A DNA stretch of 64,000 nucleotides from Vitrella brassicaformis CCMP3155 (Eukaryota; Protista; Chromerida): contig CDMY01000409.1 in assembly GCA_001179505.1 (NCBI GenBank), positions 20,845-84,844 of the forward strand, given 5' to 3'. The notes beneath the pieces were generated by a model that was not told the DNA's origin, searched no databases, and was given only the letters and a program-made list of their open reading frames with translations. The position numbers were made by a program, and so were the translations under genes. Below, piece after piece: positions 61,048 through 64,000 of the stretch (its first letter is position 1; the number at the start of each line of letters is the position of its first letter).

Positions 61048-62881
61048 TCAGCCGCCGCTATCCGCCTCAGCTGCGCCATCCTCACCTGTCGAAGGGACAG
61101 GACACACACACAAGTGAGAGTCATCCAGGTCGACGTGAGGGCATCTGTGCTGTGGTGTGTGACTGTGTACCTCCGTCGCCCTCTCCACTGCCGTCATCCA
61201 TATTGTTACCCTCATCGTCATTCTCGTCGTCGGAATCTGCAGACCACACACAGAGAGAAAGACAGAAGGCACGTCATCCATCCATCCATCCATCCATCTG
61301 TGTGTGTGTCCGTACCATCGTCGCTATCATCATCATCATCATCCTGCTGCTGCTGCTGCTGTTGTTGTACTTGTCCGTCGAAGACATATGGCGCCACCGC
61401 CCCCAGCGCCACACGAGCCAGCTGAGTGATCACCGGGAAGCGTTGCTTGAAGGGACTACTCTCACACGCAGCCGCCTCAGTGGTGAAGACCCTAACAGCC
61501 ACTGGACACAAGGGGAAGAAGACTTACGACGTATGACATGCACAGCTCCCTCTCTATCACTCTGACCGTCGTTGTTGCCTAATCCCCTGATGTTAATCCA
61601 TGCGACGAAGGGGTGGCTGCCGTTGGTGAGGACCAGCAATCGCTCATTGTCGTCCCGCCCCATTGTGGCGGTGCAGTCGGTCACCGATGTGTGGGGCGAC
61701 TCGGTCAGCAGGCCATCCAAACGGCCGCCACCGACAACCCTTAAGCAGCCAACCGCACACACAACCAACGGCTTTCCTCTCTTGCCACTGGTGCCATCGG
61801 CGTGTCACCTGTTGAGTGTCATCGATATGTCATTGAACTGGTAAGAAAGGTAGAAGTGGTAGAGGATCATGAACTTGGCAAATGACGACACTGACGCATG
61901 GGTGCGCTCATTGAAGGCCGACGACCATCCGTCCTCGCCCCAGTAGTAGATGCTGCTGCTGTTCACTGGTGGGTCGTGTGGCTGCCGGTGCTGCTGGTAC
62001 AGGTGGCCGGCAGGGAGGGGCGGGTCAACCTCCAACTCGAAGCCGGGCTGGTCGATGATGGCCCGCCACTCACCACCATTGTGTTGGACCAGATGGAGGC
62101 AGGTGTCGTTATCGAAAAGGACGTGGCGGCCGACCATCTTGAGCTGCGCCAACATACGGGGAGCCGACACATAGGCCTACACACAGAACCACACACACAG
62201 ACACACAGACAGAGAGAATGAGGCCGTCTCCCTCCCCTCCCCGCCCCTCTGTTTGCTGGCTCGCCGTTTTCTTTGTGTGTGTGTTGATGTCATCGGCTGT
62301 GAGGATGACAGGCAGGTCACAGCTGCCGCACTGCCCCGCCAGCTCAATCACCTCGGCCATCTCGCCCCATGGCCCCTCCTCCACCACACACACAGCCGCC
62401 AGCAGATCATGTGTTCCGAACTGGTCGTCGTCGAACCGCAGCAGCTGCACTTGCTGCCCATTCACCGCCCGTCGCAGCCCCGCCTGTGAGCCCAGCGAGT
62501 GGCGGAGCCGATCTCTCAGCTGGGCCGCTCCGAAGAGATCTCTGAGCCACGTGCAGGTAGCCCTCAGCCGCAGAATGTCCTTGATGCTGCTGAAGAGGTA
62601 GAAGGTGCGGCGGCCGACGAAGATATACGAGAAGGGGTGCTGCTGCTGCTGCTGCTGCTCTGGTTGCTGCATCTGGGTAGCTATGATGTGCTCGACGACA
62701 GCCTGCACAGAGCGACAGAGCCGACAGAGGATCGTGTGCATCAAGCATGCTGCTCATTGATCTGTGTGCTCACCTCGTTCGATGCTCAGATGGACAGATC
62801 AGCAGGCAGAGAACTGAATGCACCACCACCACCACCACCTTTACCACCACCAGCAGCAGCGGCAGATGAGGAGGCCGCCAT
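61048..62881 (-). CDS. Expanded F-box-like family, copy 7 (in-frame TGA at 62786-62788 in the first exon)
   Basis: MAASSSAAAAGGGKGGGGGGAFSSLPADLSI*ASNE|AVVEHII..FYLFSSIKDILRLRATCTWLRDLF + core; ends GEDGAAEADSGG stop at 61048. Confidence 0.75.
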
Positions 62882-63120
62882 CACTCCTCAACGACACGCC
62901 TGAAGCGATGGGCCGACAGACACAGAGAGAGAGAGAGATGCCAGCAGAAAAGGACGGCCAACGCATTGAGGCCAATGGATCAGTGAGCGCCTCAGTGAGT
63001 CAGTCAGTGAGTGGTCGGCCTCCCTCACCTCCGATATCTCTAAGGAATCACTATAGTCCGCTGCAGTCTGGATGCGAGGACACACGAGACAGCTCTCGGC
63101 CCCGGTCTCCCTCTCTCTCT

Positions 63121-63158
63121 GGGGTTAAAGGGTAACAAACCCTTTGACCCCAAACCCT
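63121..63158. promoter_or_regulatory. Telomere-repeat-like hairpin plus AAACCCT upstream of copy 7
   Basis: ggggttaaagggt-aacaa-accctttgacccc then aaaccct. Confidence 0.45.
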
Positions 63159-63356
63159 GGGAACACACGAGATCTCTCTATACTCCACTACTTTTCAAGC
63201 TCGCCCACCACCCACAGATCACCCCCGTCTTTTCGGGTTAGACGCTGCGGGAAATTCCCGCGCTGCCTGTGCTCGAGAGCTGAGGTCCGGGGAGGCGCGG
63301 TTGCGGAGATATGAGCGGAAATGCGTTTCGCGCGCGGAGCAGTCAACTCCCGCCCA

Positions 63357-63430
63357 GGACCACATAGCGCAGCGGTTGAGGCGTGCAGCAGGAGTAAAGG
63401 AAGTCGCGGGTTCGAACCGCAGAGGGGTCC
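63357..63430 (+). mobile_element. tRNA-derived sequence (SINE head or tRNA pseudogene) with Pol III A and B boxes
   Basis: A-box TAGCGCAGCGG, B-box GGTTCGAACC, acceptor-like pairing ggacc..ggtcc, D-stem gcgc/gcgt; anticodon arm does not pair; no CCA. Confidence 0.6.
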
Positions 63431-64000
63431 TGTATTCAGCCCGCTTAGGGCGACTCGGAGGCACGGGTCAGCACGGGTCAGCTCCCGAATACAGCTTTCC
63501 AGAACGCCCGCGGTGCGCGGGGCAAACTCTATGTCAGGATTGCCAGCTTGGCAAGACGAATCACTGCGAGCTTGTGAGCTAGGGTATATTGCTGTGTAAC
63601 GGGTGGAGAGAGAAGAAGACAAGGAAAGACAAGGAAAGCAAGCATTCTGAGGAGACACGATCTTATCAGCCATCACCGAAGTGAGATCTGTGTTGACCAC
63701 CCTTCATGATGCCATACATGGACAGAAACAACTTTGACTGACTGGTCAGTCCATCGGTCTTACTAAAGCAAAAACACTCTTACTGGGACTTACCGCCCAG
63801 CAGATCCTCTATTCAGCTAACTACAAGAAAGGTCCTCACCGGCATTTTTCGCACATGGGCGCAGCAACTTGGTTCTTGCTTATCTAAGCCGAAGTCTTCG
63901 CCAGCTAACTGACAGATCCTAACAGGTCTATCAGTGTCTTGCGCAGTATCAGCAGCAGTCAACTACTAGCAGTACTTGAAGAAAGACAACAACAACATCA

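Larger units (their letters stand above)
60490..63160. repeat. Segmental duplication, paralogous to ~32330-35020
   Basis: Collinear flanks and gene. Confidence 0.8.

Noticed and set aside
7870-62903. Plus-strand ORFs recurring opposite each family copy (e.g. MLLIQMVGG..AAVTE.DVAADHH.LRQHTG)
   Set aside because: Antisense shadows of the GC-rich conserved minus-strand exons
63357-63430. Functional tRNA gene
   Set aside because: The anticodon stem cannot pair, so it is reported as a tRNA-derived element
63600-64000. Start of a retrotransposon ORF at the window edge
   Set aside because: Composition differs from the flanks, but the frames I read are short and lack gag/pol motifs; cannot be supported within this window

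Overview
Eukaryotic, GC-rich, intron-dense genomic DNA. Introns are short GT-AG type and filled with (GT)n/(ACAG)n microsatellites, and there are seven 300-N assembly gaps. Style and gene content suggest a chromerid alveolate such as Vitrella brassicaformis (inference). All gene models were spliced by eye from GT/AG phase compatibility and are unverified. The dominant feature is a minus-strand multigene family: 7 copies (one truncated) with an F-box-like motif, a conserved core and an acidic tail, but different N-termini (myristoylation motif, cyclin fold, Gly-rich leader with a shared in-frame TGA). Other genes: a non-RD CMGC-like kinase, an importin-alpha C-terminal ARM fragment, an SF-assemblin-like coiled coil, a NEURL4-type ADP-ribosyltransferase with a WWE-like domain, a giant polytopic-membrane/LRR/EF-hand/bacterial beta-helix chimera, a tandem pair of Cys-rich secreted proteins differing by one intron, a pseudokinase-TPR protein, a TRAF-like RING-MATH protein, a Gig2-like ADP-ribosyltransferase, an RBR RING1 pseudogene, glutamine-dependent NAD+ synthetase, and an apparent MlaF-MlaE (TGD3-TGD1-like) fused ABC transporter. 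Non-coding highlights: a tRNA-derived Pol III-type element, telomere-repeat hairpins upstream of genes, and a palindrome between divergent genes.
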